Source of the DNA: an uncultured Chloroflexia bacterium
Lineage (GTDB): Bacteria > Chloroflexota > Limnocylindria > Limnocylindrales > CSP1-4
Reading direction: 5' to 3'
DNA length: 64,000 nt
NCBI GenBank assembly: GCA_963699965.1
Contig: CAVOVX010000006.1
Location: 159,315 to 223,314, forward strand
Shown: piece after piece, positions 36,585 through 46,264 of the stretch
How positions within the stretch are numbered: position 1 is the first letter of the stretch
How the letters are laid out: each line of letters starts with the position of its first letter
Program-made: the position numbers and the translations under genes
Notes under the pieces: model-generated
What the model was told of the DNA's origin: nothing
The model's input: the letters and a program-made list of their open reading frames with translations, nothing else
Database searches by the model: none

Positions 36585-37075
36585 CGTTCCTCCTCGCCGG
36601 CGAACGCCGGCCAGCACGTGATTTGACGTCTCGCCAGCGTGGCCTCTCGGTCGAGCGCTGACCAGTGCCGAACCGCCCGACCACAGGCCCGGAGGGGTCG
36701 TGCGCCCGTCAGGCGAGGCTGCGCCTGGACATTCTTCGGGAGCTTGGCCAGCACGAGGTCGTGCGACTTCGTGAGGAGGGCGAGGGTCTCATCGAGCGGC
36801 AGGGCATCGGGGCGGAGGAAGCTGATCCAGCCGGCTCGCGCGAGGTAGGCCGCCGGCCGGATGCCGTCGAGCGTCGTGAGCCGCGCGAAGTCGAACGCGT
36901 CGCACTTGAGGCTCGGCGTGTCCGGCGTGGCCGGGTCGAACATCGCGTACATCTTGCCGCCGACCGAAAAGACGAGATCGTTCTCCCACTTGATGTCCTC
37001 GGTCGTGCCGGGCAGCGACCGGCAGTGGTCGACCAGCGGGAAGGCGGATGGGTCGGCCGAGCGGCTCGCGGGCAC
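36569..37075 (-). CDS. MmcQ/YjbR family protein, with a suspicious 43-aa C-terminal extension
   Basis: Motifs are PGTTEDIKWENDLVFSVGGKMYA and AKLPKNVQAQ. Family members normally end just after the KLPK motif. Here the ORF continues and overlaps the DUF4342 gene. Deleting 1 nt near 36715 would give ...QAQLA*. Confidence 0.7.
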   Translation of the reverse strand: MPASRSADPSAFPLVDHCRSLPGTTEDIKWENDLVFSVGGKMYAMFDPATPDTPSLKCDAFDFARLTTLDGIRPAAYLARAGWISFLRPDALPLDETLALLTKSHDLVLAKLPKNVQAQPRLTGARPLRACGRAVRHWSALDREATLARRQITCWPAFAGEEERCLRR

Positions 37076-37084
37076 GGGCCGAGT

Positions 37085-38093
37085 CTAGCCTTGGCTGGTC
37101 AGGTCTTCGAGGAGCCGGGCGATCTCACGGGCATTCGTCGTCCCGTAGTTCGCATAGCAGTTGTTCATCAGGACGTGGGTGTCCCTGGCCTCGCGGGCGG
37201 CCTGCTGGATCCGCGGGACCCACTCGCTCAGCTCCTCGCGCGAGTACAGGTAGCGGAACCGTTCCGCCGGCGTGATCCCCTTGGCCTCCCAGGTGGCCGC
37301 GTTCCGGCCGTGGAAGCGGACGATCGCCAGGTCGGCCGAGGTGACCGCAGTGACCGGCGGGACGCTGCTCTTGAAGCCCTGCGGCTCGTCGACCATGACG
37401 AACGCGATCCCGCGATCAGCCAGGAAGCGGATCGTCCGCTCGGCGTTCTTCTCGTTCAGCCAGGAGCCGTTGCGAAACTCGACCGAGCACTGCCAGCCGT
37501 CGAGGCGCTCGACCGCCTCCTCGATCGCGGCCCGGCTCTCCGACGACGGAAAGACCCAGCGTGGGTACTGGAGGAGGATCGATCCGAGCTGGCCGCGCTC
37601 GACAAGCGGGGTGAGACCCTCGCGGAACATCGCCCAGACGGCATCCTGGAGCTCGGCGGGCAGGTCCTTGGCGTAGATCCGTGGCTTCGCCTTGAGGTCG
37701 TCGGGGAGCTCGTCCCGGATGACCTTCGGCAGCCGCTTCGTCTCCGTGCCCTGCCCGGTCATCAGCGCGTGGGCCTTGATGTCGAACGTGAAGTCGGGCG
37801 GGGTCCGGTCGACCCACAGCTCGGCGGTCCGCGCGGCGGGCAGGGCGTAATACGTCGCGTCGACCTCGACCACCGGGAACGTCTCGGCGTAGTAGTGGAG
37901 CCGCTCCTCGGCGGTGTCGGCTCCGGCTGGATAGAAGACGCCCGCGGCAACCATCGTCGGGTCGGTCCACGAAGCCGTCCCGATCCGGATCGTGCCCCCG
38001 CCTCTGACCTCGATCGGCTCGGCGGCCGCGGTCGCGACGTCGTCAGCGCGCGCGCCGGCCAGGCTCGGGTCCGGGATCGTGATCGACGCTCAT
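37085..38093 (-). CDS. DUF72 (YecE/UPF0759) family protein; 5' end apparently frameshifted
   Basis: The 289-aa ORF 37085..37954 carries the body of the family. The conserved N-terminal TIRIGTASWTD lies in frame upstream of the first ATG, with no ATG/GTG before it. An ATG at 38093 (MSV...) is out of frame by 1 nt near 38084. Confidence 0.8.
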
Positions 38094-38243
38094 GTCGTCA
38101 GGGTAGTCCGAGCCGGGTCGACGGTCGTGTTCAAGGGTCGTGGTCGATGGGGAAGGAGGCATCGGGCAATCTCTCTCGGGTGCTGCGACTCTGAACGATA
38201 TTCATGACGTCTTTCGTCATGTATCGAGGTATCCTCGTGGGCG

Positions 38244-39231
38244 ATGCGTGCCTCCCGGCTGGTGTCGCTGCTGCTGCTCCTCCAGACCCGCGGCCAGCTG
38301 ACGGCCGGCGAGCTCGCCGACGAGCTCGAGGTCTCGGTTCGGACCGTCCATCGGGACGTCGAGGCGCTGAGCGAGGCCGGTGTGCCGATCTACGCCGAGC
38401 GTGGGCCCCACGGTGGGATCCGCCTCGTCGACGGCTACCGGACGCGGCTGACCGGCATGACGCCCGACGAGGCGGAGGCCCTGTTCCTGTCCGGGCTGCC
38501 CGGGCCGGCCGCCGAGCTCGGGCTCGGGACGGTCGTGACCGCCGCGCGGCTCAAGGTCCTGGCGGCGCTGCCGCCCGAGCTGCGGACGCGTGCCTCCCGC
38601 CTGGTCGAGCGGTTCCATCTCGATGCGAGCGGCTGGTTCCAGGCCGGCGAGGCCGTGCCCCACCTCGGCGTCCTGTCCGAGGCGGTCTGGGAGACGCAGC
38701 GCGTCGAGATCGACTACGAACGCGGCGATCGGACGGTCGTCCGAACGATCTCCCCGCTCGGGCTCGTCCTGAAGGCCGGCGTGTGGTACGTCGTCGCGCT
38801 GGCCGACGACTCGCCCGCGGACGTACCGGGTCGGCCGGGTCACGGGAGCGCGGCCGCTCGTCGAGCGGTTCGAGCGGCCGGAGGGGTTCGACCTGGCGGC
38901 GTTCTGGGCCGAGTCGAGCGCTGCCTACGAGCGTGACGCACCCAGGATCGAGGTCACCGTCCGGGTTCCGGAAGACCGGATCTGGTGGCTCCGGCGGGCC
39001 GTCGGAGGGGCAGCGGTGGAAGCGGCCGTCAGGCTGCCCGACGACGACCCCGAGGGTTGGCTGCGGCTCCGGCTTCGGCTCGACTGGCCGGAGGAGGTGC
39101 CGGTCCAGCTCCTGTCGGCCGGGCCCGATGTCGAGGTCCTCGAACCGCCCGAGGTCCGCCAGCTGATGATCGAGGTCAGCCGGGCGGTCGCCGCCCGTTA
39201 CGAGCCGCCGGGCAGGGCCACGCCCGACTAG
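38244..39231 (+). pseudogene. YafY-family transcriptional regulator (HTH - WYL - WCX), frameshifted near 38816
   Basis: The HTH is LTAGELADELEVSVRTVHRDVEAL. The WYL region is GVWYVVALADDSP, then a shift, then RTYRVGRVTGARPLVERFERPEGFDLAAFW. The C-terminal part is in ORF 39016..39231. Confidence 0.85.
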
Positions 39232-39419
39232 GTGCTGCGTCGCTCGGTGGGCATAAGCCGAAGCGCACCCGCGAGAGTCGCCGGCCGCGTCGGGTGTCCC
39301 GGGACGAACGCGCCGTCACGATCCTTCTGGGCGACGCGGACGGCGTAGACGCGGAGATTCCGGGCGATCTCACGCTCGCGATCTTCGTGAATGAGACGGG
39401 CCAGCTCCAGGTCGTGCAT
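39228..39419 (-). CDS. Small hypothetical protein (63 aa)
   Basis: An ATG with GGAGG about 10 nt upstream. The helical charged N-terminus is [21 protein letters not shown]. It lies downstream of, and on the same strand as, the kinase-like gene. No family recognised. Confidence 0.3.
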   Translation of the reverse strand: MHDLELARLIHEDREREIARNLRVYAVRVAQKDRDGAFVPGHPTRPATLAGALRLMPTERRST

Positions 39420-39547
39420 GAGGACGGAACCTCCGGTTTGGACGATCGTGTCCAGCGCTCGGTCGATGTCCGAACCCTACCGGAGGAACCTGCCAGGAAC
39501 TGTCATGTTCTGGCGAGTTCCGAGCCTCCCGTCCGCCCGTCGCGGCC

Positions 39548-40093
39548 TCAGCCGCGGACGCGCTCCGCGATCGCCCGGGCGGCCCGGCCAAGCCGTTCCG
39601 GCGAGTCGGCCGCATCGACGTCGACCACGAAGTCGGCAAGACGCTCGAGCGTCGGCCCGCGGAGCTCCGTCTGGGTTCGGAACATCGTCTCGGGATCCGA
39701 GCCCAACAGGGGTCGATGCGTCCCGCGCTCGAACCGCCGGACGAGCGTCGCCACCGATGCCCGGAGCAGGACGACGAGCACGTCGGGTTCCTCGAGTGCG
39801 GCCACCGAGCGCGGGTTGTCGACGACGCTCGCAGCGGCGGTGATCACACTTCGATCGGGTGACCGGAGCCCGGCTCGCAGGTGGGCAGCTTCGAGCTGGT
39901 GGAGCCGCGTCGTCCCGTGGCTGGCGCTGATCTCGCGCGCCGTCGCCCCGATCGTCGTCGCGAGCGCATCGTCACTGTCGTCGAACGGCCAGCCAAGGCG
40001 GGTCGCCAACGCCCGGCCGACGGTGGTCTTGCCCGAGCCCATCAGCCCCATCACGACGACGTGCCGGATCGGCGATTGCGATCGCACGTCCAC
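39548..40093 (-). CDS. Shikimate kinase-like P-loop kinase
   Basis: The Walker A motif is [16 protein letters not shown], and FDDSD is a substrate-binding-like motif. The protein is about 180 aa from the GTG at 40093 or 40087. Confidence 0.6.
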   Translation of the reverse strand: MDVRSQSPIRHVVVMGLMGSGKTTVGRALATRLGWPFDDSDDALATTIGATAREISASHGTTRLHQLEAAHLRAGLRSPDRSVITAAASVVDNPRSVAALEEPDVLVVLLRASVATLVRRFERGTHRPLLGSDPETMFRTQTELRGPTLERLADFVVDVDAADSPERLGRAARAIAERVRG

Positions 40094-40107
40094 GATCGTA
40101 CGCCTCG

Positions 40108-40131
40108 CGATACGGTTATCACGATACGGTT
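40108..40131. promoter_or_regulatory. Direct repeat CGATACGGTT-ATCA-CGATACGGTT in a divergent spacer
   Basis: Two perfect 10-mers at 40108-40117 and 40122-40131, between the kinase-like gene (-) and the ypfJ-like gene (+). Confidence 0.3.
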
Positions 40132-40220
40132 GTGAGAAGACCGGTCGGCCGACCACCGCCATCGAAGCGGCCGTCGGGCGGAACCTGACCCGGGGTACCC
40201 TCGGCGGAGGAGGGCAGTCG

Positions 40221-41108
40221 ATGACGTTCAAACCCGGAGCCTCACTCGACCCATCCCAGGTCGAGGACGTTCGGGGCAGCCGGGTCGGAGGTCGCGGGGT
40301 CGCGCTGGGCGGCGGCGGTGGCGCGATTGGCCTGATCCTCGTCATCGCCTACGTCCTGCTCGGCGGCTCCCCGAGCGATCTCGGCGCGTTGTCGGGGCAG
40401 GTCATCGGCGACGAGGGCGGCGTCGGCCCGGCCGGCACGACGCTCTACACGGAGTGCCAGACCGGCGCCGACGCGAACGCCCGCGAGGACTGCCGGATCC
40501 TCGGCTACATCAACAGCATCCAGGCCTACTGGACCACCGACTTCAGCCAGACCGGCCACCGCTACGTACCGGCCCCGACCCGCTTCTTCACCGATCAGAT
40601 CTCGACCGGCTGCGGGTTCGCCAGCGCGGCCTCCGGCCCGTTCTACTGCCCGCGGGACGCGAGGGTCTACATCGATCTCGGCTTCTTCAACGACCTGCGG
40701 ACGCGTTTCGGAGCCAAGGGCGGCCCGTTGGCCGAGGCGTACGTCCTCGCCCACGAGTACGGACATCACGTCCAGGACCTGGCCGGCTCGCTGGCCGGCG
40801 GGTCGGGCGGGACCGGCGAGACGAGCCGGTCGGTCCGGACCGAGCTCCAGGCCGACTGCTTCGCGGGGGTCTGGGCAAGTCATGCCGCCGAGACGGGCTA
40901 CCTCGAGCCGGTCACCGAGAGCCAGGTCGCGGATGCCCTCGATGCCGCCGCGGCGGTGGGCGACGATCGAATCCAGGAGAAGACTCAAGGCAGCGTCGAC
41001 CCGGACTCGTGGACTCACGGCTCGGCCACCCAGCGCCAGAAGTGGTTCCTGACCGGCTACCGGACCGGCGATCCGGACGACTGCGACACGTTCAGCGGAA
41101 CGCCCTGA
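40221..41108 (+). CDS. Neutral zinc metallopeptidase, YpfJ family
   Basis: A GGAGGAGGG Shine-Dalgarno precedes the start. The protein has an N-terminal TM segment, the motifs [16 protein letters not shown] and HExxH in [17 protein letters not shown], and a C-terminal [13 protein letters not shown]. Confidence 0.85.
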   Translation: MTFKPGASLDPSQVEDVRGSRVGGRGVALGGGGGAIGLILVIAYVLLGGSPSDLGALSGQVIGDEGGVGPAGTTLYTECQTGADANAREDCRILGYINSIQAYWTTDFSQTGHRYVPAPTRFFTDQISTGCGFASAASGPFYCPRDARVYIDLGFFNDLRTRFGAKGGPLAEAYVLAHEYGHHVQDLAGSLAGGSGGTGETSRSVRTELQADCFAGVWASHAAETGYLEPVTESQVADALDAAAAVGDDRIQEKTQGSVDPDSWTHGSATQRQKWFLTGYRTGDPDDCDTFSGTP

Positions 41109-41155
41109 CCGACCGGGTCCGGAATTCCCCGAACCGGCTCGGCTACGCTCTCCGC

Positions 41156-41965
41156 ATGGCGACGGTCGTCGACGCCCCCGCGCTGGCCCTGCGGACGGTC
41201 CGCGCGACTCGCTACGTCACGCCCCTCCGCGAAGGCGGCTCGCTCCCCGGCCTGCTCGAGGCGGACGATGACGGGCTGTACGTCGTCAAGTTCCACGCCG
41301 CGGGCCAGGGACCCAAGGCGCTCATCGCCGAGCTCGTGGCTGGCGAGGTCGGTCGGGCGATTGGACTGACCGTTCCCGAGATCGTCCTCGTCGAGCTCGA
41401 TGCGGCCCTCGGCAAGGCCGAGCCCGACCCGGAGATCCAGGACCTGCTCGTCCGGAGTGTGGGCCTCGACATCGGGATCGACTTCCTGCCCGGTGCGCTG
41501 CCGTTCGATCCGGCGGCCGGGAGGCGGCCGGGCGCCGAGGCACCCGAGCCCAGCCTGGCCGCCGACATCGTCTGGTTCGACGCGTTCATCACGAACGTCG
41601 ACCGAACCGCCAGGAACGTCAACCTCCTCGTCTGGCACCGACGGCTGTGGCTCATCGATCACGGAGCGGCGCTGTACATCCATCACACGTGGCGCGACCC
41701 GGCCGCCCATGCCGTCCGGCCGTTCGAGCGGATCGTCGATCACGTCCTCCTGCCGTACGCCGGCTCGATCGTCGACGCCGACGACCGGCTCGCGCCGCGG
41801 GTCACCACCGGTCTCCTCGAATCGGTCGTCGCTGCGATCCCGGACGTCTGGCTGGGCGACGGGGCCGCCAACCAGCGACGGGCCTACGTCGACTACCTCA
41901 CCCGCCGCCTGGCGGCGCCCCGCGCGTTCGTCGAGGAGGCGGAGCGTGCCCGTGTCGCGCGCTAG
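41156..41965 (+). CDS. HipA-like serine/threonine kinase-fold protein (partner of DUF3037)
   Basis: 270 aa. The catalytic-loop-like motif is FITNVDRTARNVNLLV and the Mg-binding-like motif is LIDHGAAL. The N-terminal part is GGSLPGLLEADDDGLYVVKF. Family assignment is from memory. Confidence 0.6.
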   Translation: MATVVDAPALALRTVRATRYVTPLREGGSLPGLLEADDDGLYVVKFHAAGQGPKALIAELVAGEVGRAIGLTVPEIVLVELDAALGKAEPDPEIQDLLVRSVGLDIGIDFLPGALPFDPAAGRRPGAEAPEPSLAADIVWFDAFITNVDRTARNVNLLVWHRRLWLIDHGAALYIHHTWRDPAAHAVRPFERIVDHVLLPYAGSIVDADDRLAPRVTTGLLESVVAAIPDVWLGDGAANQRRAYVDYLTRRLAAPRAFVEEAERARVAR

Positions 41966-42344
41966 CCCGTTCGAATACGCGATCGTCCGGGTCGTCCCGC
42001 GGGTCGAGCGGGGCGAGATGTTCAACGCCGGGATCGTCCTCCACTCGCGGCCGCGGCGGTTCCTCGAGGCCCGGGTGGAGCTCGATCGGGCCGTCCTGGC
42101 GTCGCTCGCCCCCGGCTGTGATCCGACCGAGGTCCTCGACCACCTCGAGGCGATCCCGCGGATCGCGGCCGGCGACCCGGCGGCCGGCCCGATCGCCCGG
42201 CTCAGTCGGCCGGAGCGCTTCCATTGGCTGGTGGCGCCGAGCAGCACGATCGTCCAGCCGTCGGCCGTGCACACCGGGCTGACCGACGATCCGTTGGCGA
42301 CCCTGGATCACCTCTTCGCCACGCTCGTCCGGGGCCGGAGCTGA
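41946..42344 (+). CDS. DUF3037 domain protein
   Basis: The hallmark N-terminus is FEYAIVRVVPRVERGEMFNAGIVLH. A GTG start at 41946 or 41952 overlaps the stop of the kinase-like gene (41963-41965). Confidence 0.75.
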   Translation: MPVSRASPFEYAIVRVVPRVERGEMFNAGIVLHSRPRRFLEARVELDRAVLASLAPGCDPTEVLDHLEAIPRIAAGDPAAGPIARLSRPERFHWLVAPSSTIVQPSAVHTGLTDDPLATLDHLFATLVRGRS

Positions 42345-42360
42345 CGCCGGGCCCCGAAGG

Positions 42361-42738
42361 CTAGGCGGCCAGGGCCGGCAGGGTCACCTCGATGAGCGGG
42401 CTGGCGGCGACCATCGTGTCGACGTCGGTCCGGTTCCAGGCGCGGGCGACCTGCTCGAGGATCGCGCGTCGCTCGACCGGATCGGTGATCTCACGGGCAG
42501 TTGCCGGCAGGTCGGCGGTCACGGCACCCTTGAGATGCACCGTGAAGTCCGGGTGCGCCTCGAGGTTGGCCAGCCAGCTCCGCCGTCGACGCGGGTTGGG
42601 CATCCCGGAGATGTAGATCCGGCCGCCGAAGTTGAAGAACACGATCTCGATCCGGCGGGGCAGGCCGGTCTTCCGCCCGGTGGTCGTGATGTCGATCGTG
42701 TGGCCGCGGGCGAGGGCGCGGCGGATAGGCTCGTCCAT
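42361..42738 (-). CDS. Deazaflavin (F420H2)-dependent nitroreductase/DDN family protein
   Basis: Motifs are ITTTGRKTGLPRRIEIVFF and SWLANLEAHPDFTVHL. The ATG is at 42738. Confidence 0.7.
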   Translation of the reverse strand: MDEPIRRALARGHTIDITTTGRKTGLPRRIEIVFFNFGGRIYISGMPNPRRRRSWLANLEAHPDFTVHLKGAVTADLPATAREITDPVERRAILEQVARAWNRTDVDTMVAASPLIEVTLPALAA

Positions 42739-42810
42739 GGTGCTGCTCCGCAAGATCAATAGTTGCGTCTGCAATTATCCTACACCGATCCGCCGGGTAG
42801 GCCGGGATCG

Positions 42811-43770
42811 TCAGCCGCCCGCGACGGGCACGATCAGGACGAACTTGCCGTCCTTGCCCGGATAGCGGCCGGTCGGGCGTCGCCAGGGCAGGTAGTCCTC
42901 GGGCATCCGTCCGACCGGGACGAGCGAGTCGGGCGGACGCGACTTGCCCCAGATGTTGCTGATCCGCGGATACCAGACGTCCTCGATCCAGAGATGGGTC
43001 ACCTTGAAGTCCGGGCCCAGGGCCGGGTCGGCGGTCGAGCGGAAGCCCGACAGCACCCAGTTGTGGGCGCCCCGCCAGACGAGCAGCGCGACCGGCCGGC
43101 CGGTCATCCGCAGCGCGGTCGCGGCCGCCTTGAACGCGGCACTCCGGGTCGGGGCGGCGATGACCCGATACCGGCCATACCCGAGCGACTCGAGGGTCCT
43201 CGCCATCCCCTCGGGTTCAGAGCCCTTGTCGGGGGCCGGTCCGAGCTTGCGGGCGATCGAGTGGAGGAGCTTCTGGGTCGCCTGGGTCCGGTCGGCGCCC
43301 GGCGACATGATGTTGATCATGGTCTGGAGGGCCGCCGGCGCGCACCAGATCGGCCGCTTCTCGCTCGTGAAGTCGCCGTCGCGGTAGATGTCCATCTTGA
43401 ACGGGCCCGCCTGGGGCGGCGGGACTAGCGCCGGGACTGGGCTGGTGGTGGCGGTCTGGGTCGGGGTCGGTTTCGGCGACGGAGCCGGGCTCGCCGAGAG
43501 GCCGGATGGCGAGGCGGGAGCCGGGCTCGGCTCGACCGGCCCAGGGGAAGCCGGACTGGTTGCGAGCACGGACGGCGATGGGCTGGCCGGCCCGATCGAG
43601 CCGACGGATTGGGCACCGGGCGATGTCGAGCCGGGGCCTGGCGGTCCACCGCCGAGCGCCAGGGCGGAGCCGGCGATGACGACGATCGCGACGACGAGCG
43701 CCCCGATGAGCAACGGCCGGCGGTGGTCCATGAGCCGGCCCATCGTGGGACCCGACCGAGGAGCGGTCAA
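42811..43770 (-). CDS. Membrane-anchored secreted protein with Pro/Ser-rich linker and putative papain-like (C39-like) cysteine peptidase domain
   Basis: The TM segment LLIGALVVAIVVIAGSALAL is followed by a PS-rich linker. A Cys motif (RPIWCAPAALQTMINIM) and a later His (WRGAHNWVLSGF) are present. The peptidase assignment is tentative. Confidence 0.45.
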   Translation of the reverse strand: MTAPRSGPTMGRLMDHRRPLLIGALVVAIVVIAGSALALGGGPPGPGSTSPGAQSVGSIGPASPSPSVLATSPASPGPVEPSPAPASPSGLSASPAPSPKPTPTQTATTSPVPALVPPPQAGPFKMDIYRDGDFTSEKRPIWCAPAALQTMINIMSPGADRTQATQKLLHSIARKLGPAPDKGSEPEGMARTLESLGYGRYRVIAAPTRSAAFKAAATALRMTGRPVALLVWRGAHNWVLSGFRSTADPALGPDFKVTHLWIEDVWYPRISNIWGKSRPPDSLVPVGRMPEDYLPWRRPTGRYPGKDGKFVLIVPVAGG

Positions 43771-43801
43771 CCGGGCTGGTGCCGGAGGTCACCGACGGGC
43801 A

Positions 43802-44104
43802 TCAGCCGTCGCGCCCGCGCATGAGCGATACCCGGAACGGTCGAAGCTCGCCGCGGGCGTAGCCGCCGGCCAGCACCGGATCGTCGTCCATGATCCGCCG
43901 CGCCGCGGCCTCGTCCGGCGCCTCGAAGATCGTGATTCCGGTGTTCGTCGGGCCGAGGGTCGGACCAACCAGGATGATCGTGCCCTCGGCGAGCAGGCGC
44001 TCGAACCGTTCGAAGTGGACCGACCAGACCGCCAGCTCCTCATCGGTCATCGTCGCCGCGAAGTCCTCGCGCAGCGGATGGATGAAGTAGATCCACTCGG
44101 CCAT
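43802..44104 (-). CDS. YciI family protein
   Basis: 100 aa, with HFERFERLLAEGTIILVGP...DDPVLAGG. Confidence 0.8.
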   Translation of the reverse strand: MAEWIYFIHPLREDFAATMTDEELAVWSVHFERFERLLAEGTIILVGPTLGPTNTGITIFEAPDEAAARRIMDDDPVLAGGYARGELRPFRVSLMRGRDG

Positions 44105-44116
44105 CGACGCGCGAGC

Positions 44117-44692
44117 TCAGCCGCCCCCGGCCTTGAGCGATGCCTTGTAGGCGCGCTTGCCCTCCTGGTAGCGGGCGAGCGACTCGGCAGAGTCGACACC
44201 CCCGAGGGTCGGATGGGTCGGACGGACATCTTCCCAGCCGGGCGGCTGGACGCCGAGCCGAAGCCCGATGATCTCGATCAGGGATTTCGCCTTCATCTCC
44301 CCGAACCCGGGCAGGCCGAGCAGCCGCCGCTCGAGGTCCTTGCCGTCGCGCGCCTCGGTCCAGACCCGGGCGGCATCGTCGCCATAGTCCCTCGCGATCG
44401 CGGCGCACAGGGCCCGGACCTTCTTGGCCATGGAGCTCGGGAAGCGATGGAGCGCCGGCGGCTGCCGGAAGACCGCGTCGAGGGCCTCCGGATCCGTCGC
44501 CGCGATCGACGCCGCGTCGAGCGTCCCGATCCGGCGCTTGAGCTCGAGCGGCCCGCTGAAGGCCTTCTGGACGGTGACCTGCTGGTCGAGCGCGAACCCG
44601 ATCAGGAGCGCGAGCGGTTCGCTCACCAGGAGTCGGTCGGCCTCGTCGTCGCCGGTGAAGTAGAGGCGGTCGGGGAGGGTCGTGGTGGCCAT
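44117..44692 (-). CDS. HhH-GPD-type base excision DNA repair protein
   Basis: Motifs are PLALLIGFALDQQVTVQKAFSGP, FPSSMAKKV and LPGFGEMKAKS. The ATG at 44692 lies within the longer shadow-extended ORF 44117..45988. Confidence 0.75.
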   Translation of the reverse strand: MATTTLPDRLYFTGDDEADRLLVSEPLALLIGFALDQQVTVQKAFSGPLELKRRIGTLDAASIAATDPEALDAVFRQPPALHRFPSSMAKKVRALCAAIARDYGDDAARVWTEARDGKDLERRLLGLPGFGEMKAKSLIEIIGLRLGVQPPGWEDVRPTHPTLGGVDSAESLARYQEGKRAYKASLKAGGG

Positions 44693-44743
44693 TGGGGGCT
44701 CCTCTGCGTCGCCGCATGGTACTGCCTCGGGCATACTCGCCCG

Positions 44744-45496
44744 ATGGACGAGACGATCGACTGGCTCGGTCACGCCACCGTCCGGATCGAGCTCGATGGG
44801 ATCCGGATCCTGACCGATCCGGCGATCCGCCAGCGGATCGGCCCGCTCGACCGAAAGGTCGCCCCGATCCCCCACCGCGAGGTGGAGGCGATCGACGTCG
44901 TCCTGATCAGTCATCTCCACCAGGACCACCTCGACCTGCCCTCGCTGCGCCGGCTGGGCGACCCTCGGCTGATCGTCCCGGCCGGCTCCGGCTCGATCTT
45001 CCGGGCCGCCGGCCATCGTGACGTCGACGAGCACGTCCCGGGCGACCGGACGAGCCACGGCTCGCTGACGATCGAGATGATCCGGGCCGAGCACAGCGGC
45101 TTCCGACCGCCGTTCGGACCGACCGCGCCGGCACTCGGCTTCGTGATCTCGACCGGCCGGCGCCGGATCTACTTCGCTGGCGACACCGCGATCTATCCGG
45201 GGATGGCCGACATCCCCGACCTCGACATCGCTTTCGTCCCGGTCTGGGGCTGGGGACCGAACCTGCGCGGCGGCCACATGGACCCGCGGATGGCGGCCGA
45301 GGCCGTGGCCCTCCTCCAGCCGCGGGTCGCCGTGCCGATCCATTGGGGAACGTTCTGGCCGAAGGGCCTGGGGCTCGTTCGCCCCGACCGGCTGCTGCTG
45401 CCCGGGTCCGAGTTCCGGACCGCGGCAGCGGAGATCGCGCCGAACGTCCGCACGGCGATCCTGGCGCCCGGCGAGCGGTTGTCGCGGTCCCGCTGA
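44744..45496 (+). CDS. MBL-fold metallo-hydrolase (UPF0173/UlaG-related type)
   Basis: Motifs are VVLISHLHQDHLD, YFAGDTA and VPIHWGTF. The ATG at 44744 lies within a longer ORF. Confidence 0.8.
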   Translation: MDETIDWLGHATVRIELDGIRILTDPAIRQRIGPLDRKVAPIPHREVEAIDVVLISHLHQDHLDLPSLRRLGDPRLIVPAGSGSIFRAAGHRDVDEHVPGDRTSHGSLTIEMIRAEHSGFRPPFGPTAPALGFVISTGRRRIYFAGDTAIYPGMADIPDLDIAFVPVWGWGPNLRGGHMDPRMAAEAVALLQPRVAVPIHWGTFWPKGLGLVRPDRLLLPGSEFRTAAAEIAPNVRTAILAPGERLSRSR

Positions 45497-45696
45497 CCGT
45501 CGGCCGGGCCCGACCGCCACCAGCCGCAGCGGACCGCCGCCGACTCGACCGGACCCACCCCCGGCCGGTGCCCCGACGCACCGGAAAGGTCCCGGCAGCA
45601 CCCCTGAACCCTCGCCGGACGGGGATGGCCGGCATATCCTCGCGCCCCATCGACCGCGATTGGCCTCGTGACCGATGGATCCCTTGGGGGGATCTG

Positions 45697-45728
45697 AGAG
45701 CGCCGGAGTCTCACCGCTCCGGCGCTCT
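45697..45728 (+). terminator. Strong GC hairpin (12-bp perfect stem) in the spacer before the helicase gene
   Basis: AGAGCGCCGGAG-tctcaccg-CTCCGGCGCTCT is followed by tcgattcc (a weak U-tract). It lies about 200 nt after the MBL gene stop. Confidence 0.4.
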
Positions 45729-45770
45729 TCGATTCCGCCGCCGGGCGCCGACGACGACCCGGCCGTGGAC

Positions 45771-45799
45771 TTGTCCGGCGGCTCAACACGGCGTAGCAT
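45771..45799 (+). promoter_or_regulatory. Sigma70-type promoter candidate TTGTCC-N17-TAGCAT
   Basis: The spacer is exactly 17 nt. A transcript from here would have a leader of about 460 nt before the helicase start. Confidence 0.4.
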
Positions 45800-46264
45800 T
45801 TGGGCTACGAGAGGTCCGCGGACGACCGATCGACGGCCCGCCCCAACGGACCCGGCGAAGGCTCGCGACCAGATGCGCATCGACCGCAGCAGACCGGGAC
45901 GAACCGGCCGGAGCGACGACCCGCGAACGAGCGGGGCCACGCTGCCGATGACGGCGGATCCATCGCGCGGAGCCACGAACCTCGCCACGATCCCCTACTC
46001 GGGGAACATCAGCACGGATACTCGGGCGGGCTTCTGAGACGCGTCCGGGCAAGGGGTCCGCGGCGCGGAATTGCAGACAGAACAGCGGAGACCCGAGCTC
46101 GTCCGAGCGTGGGTCTCGTGACGTTCCGGGCCGATCGGCTATGCTCCGCTCCGAAACGACGCGCACGGTCCGTTGACCGGACACGCGGGGCGACACAGCC
46201 CGATCCGCGTCGGCAATCACGATCCGCCCGCACGGCTCCGGCCCAACGGGCGCCAGGAGCCTGC

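Noticed and set aside
38217-38843. 208-aa ORF antisense to the YafY regulator
   Set aside because: It fully overlaps the well-supported HTH-WYL gene on the other strand and has shadow-ORF composition.
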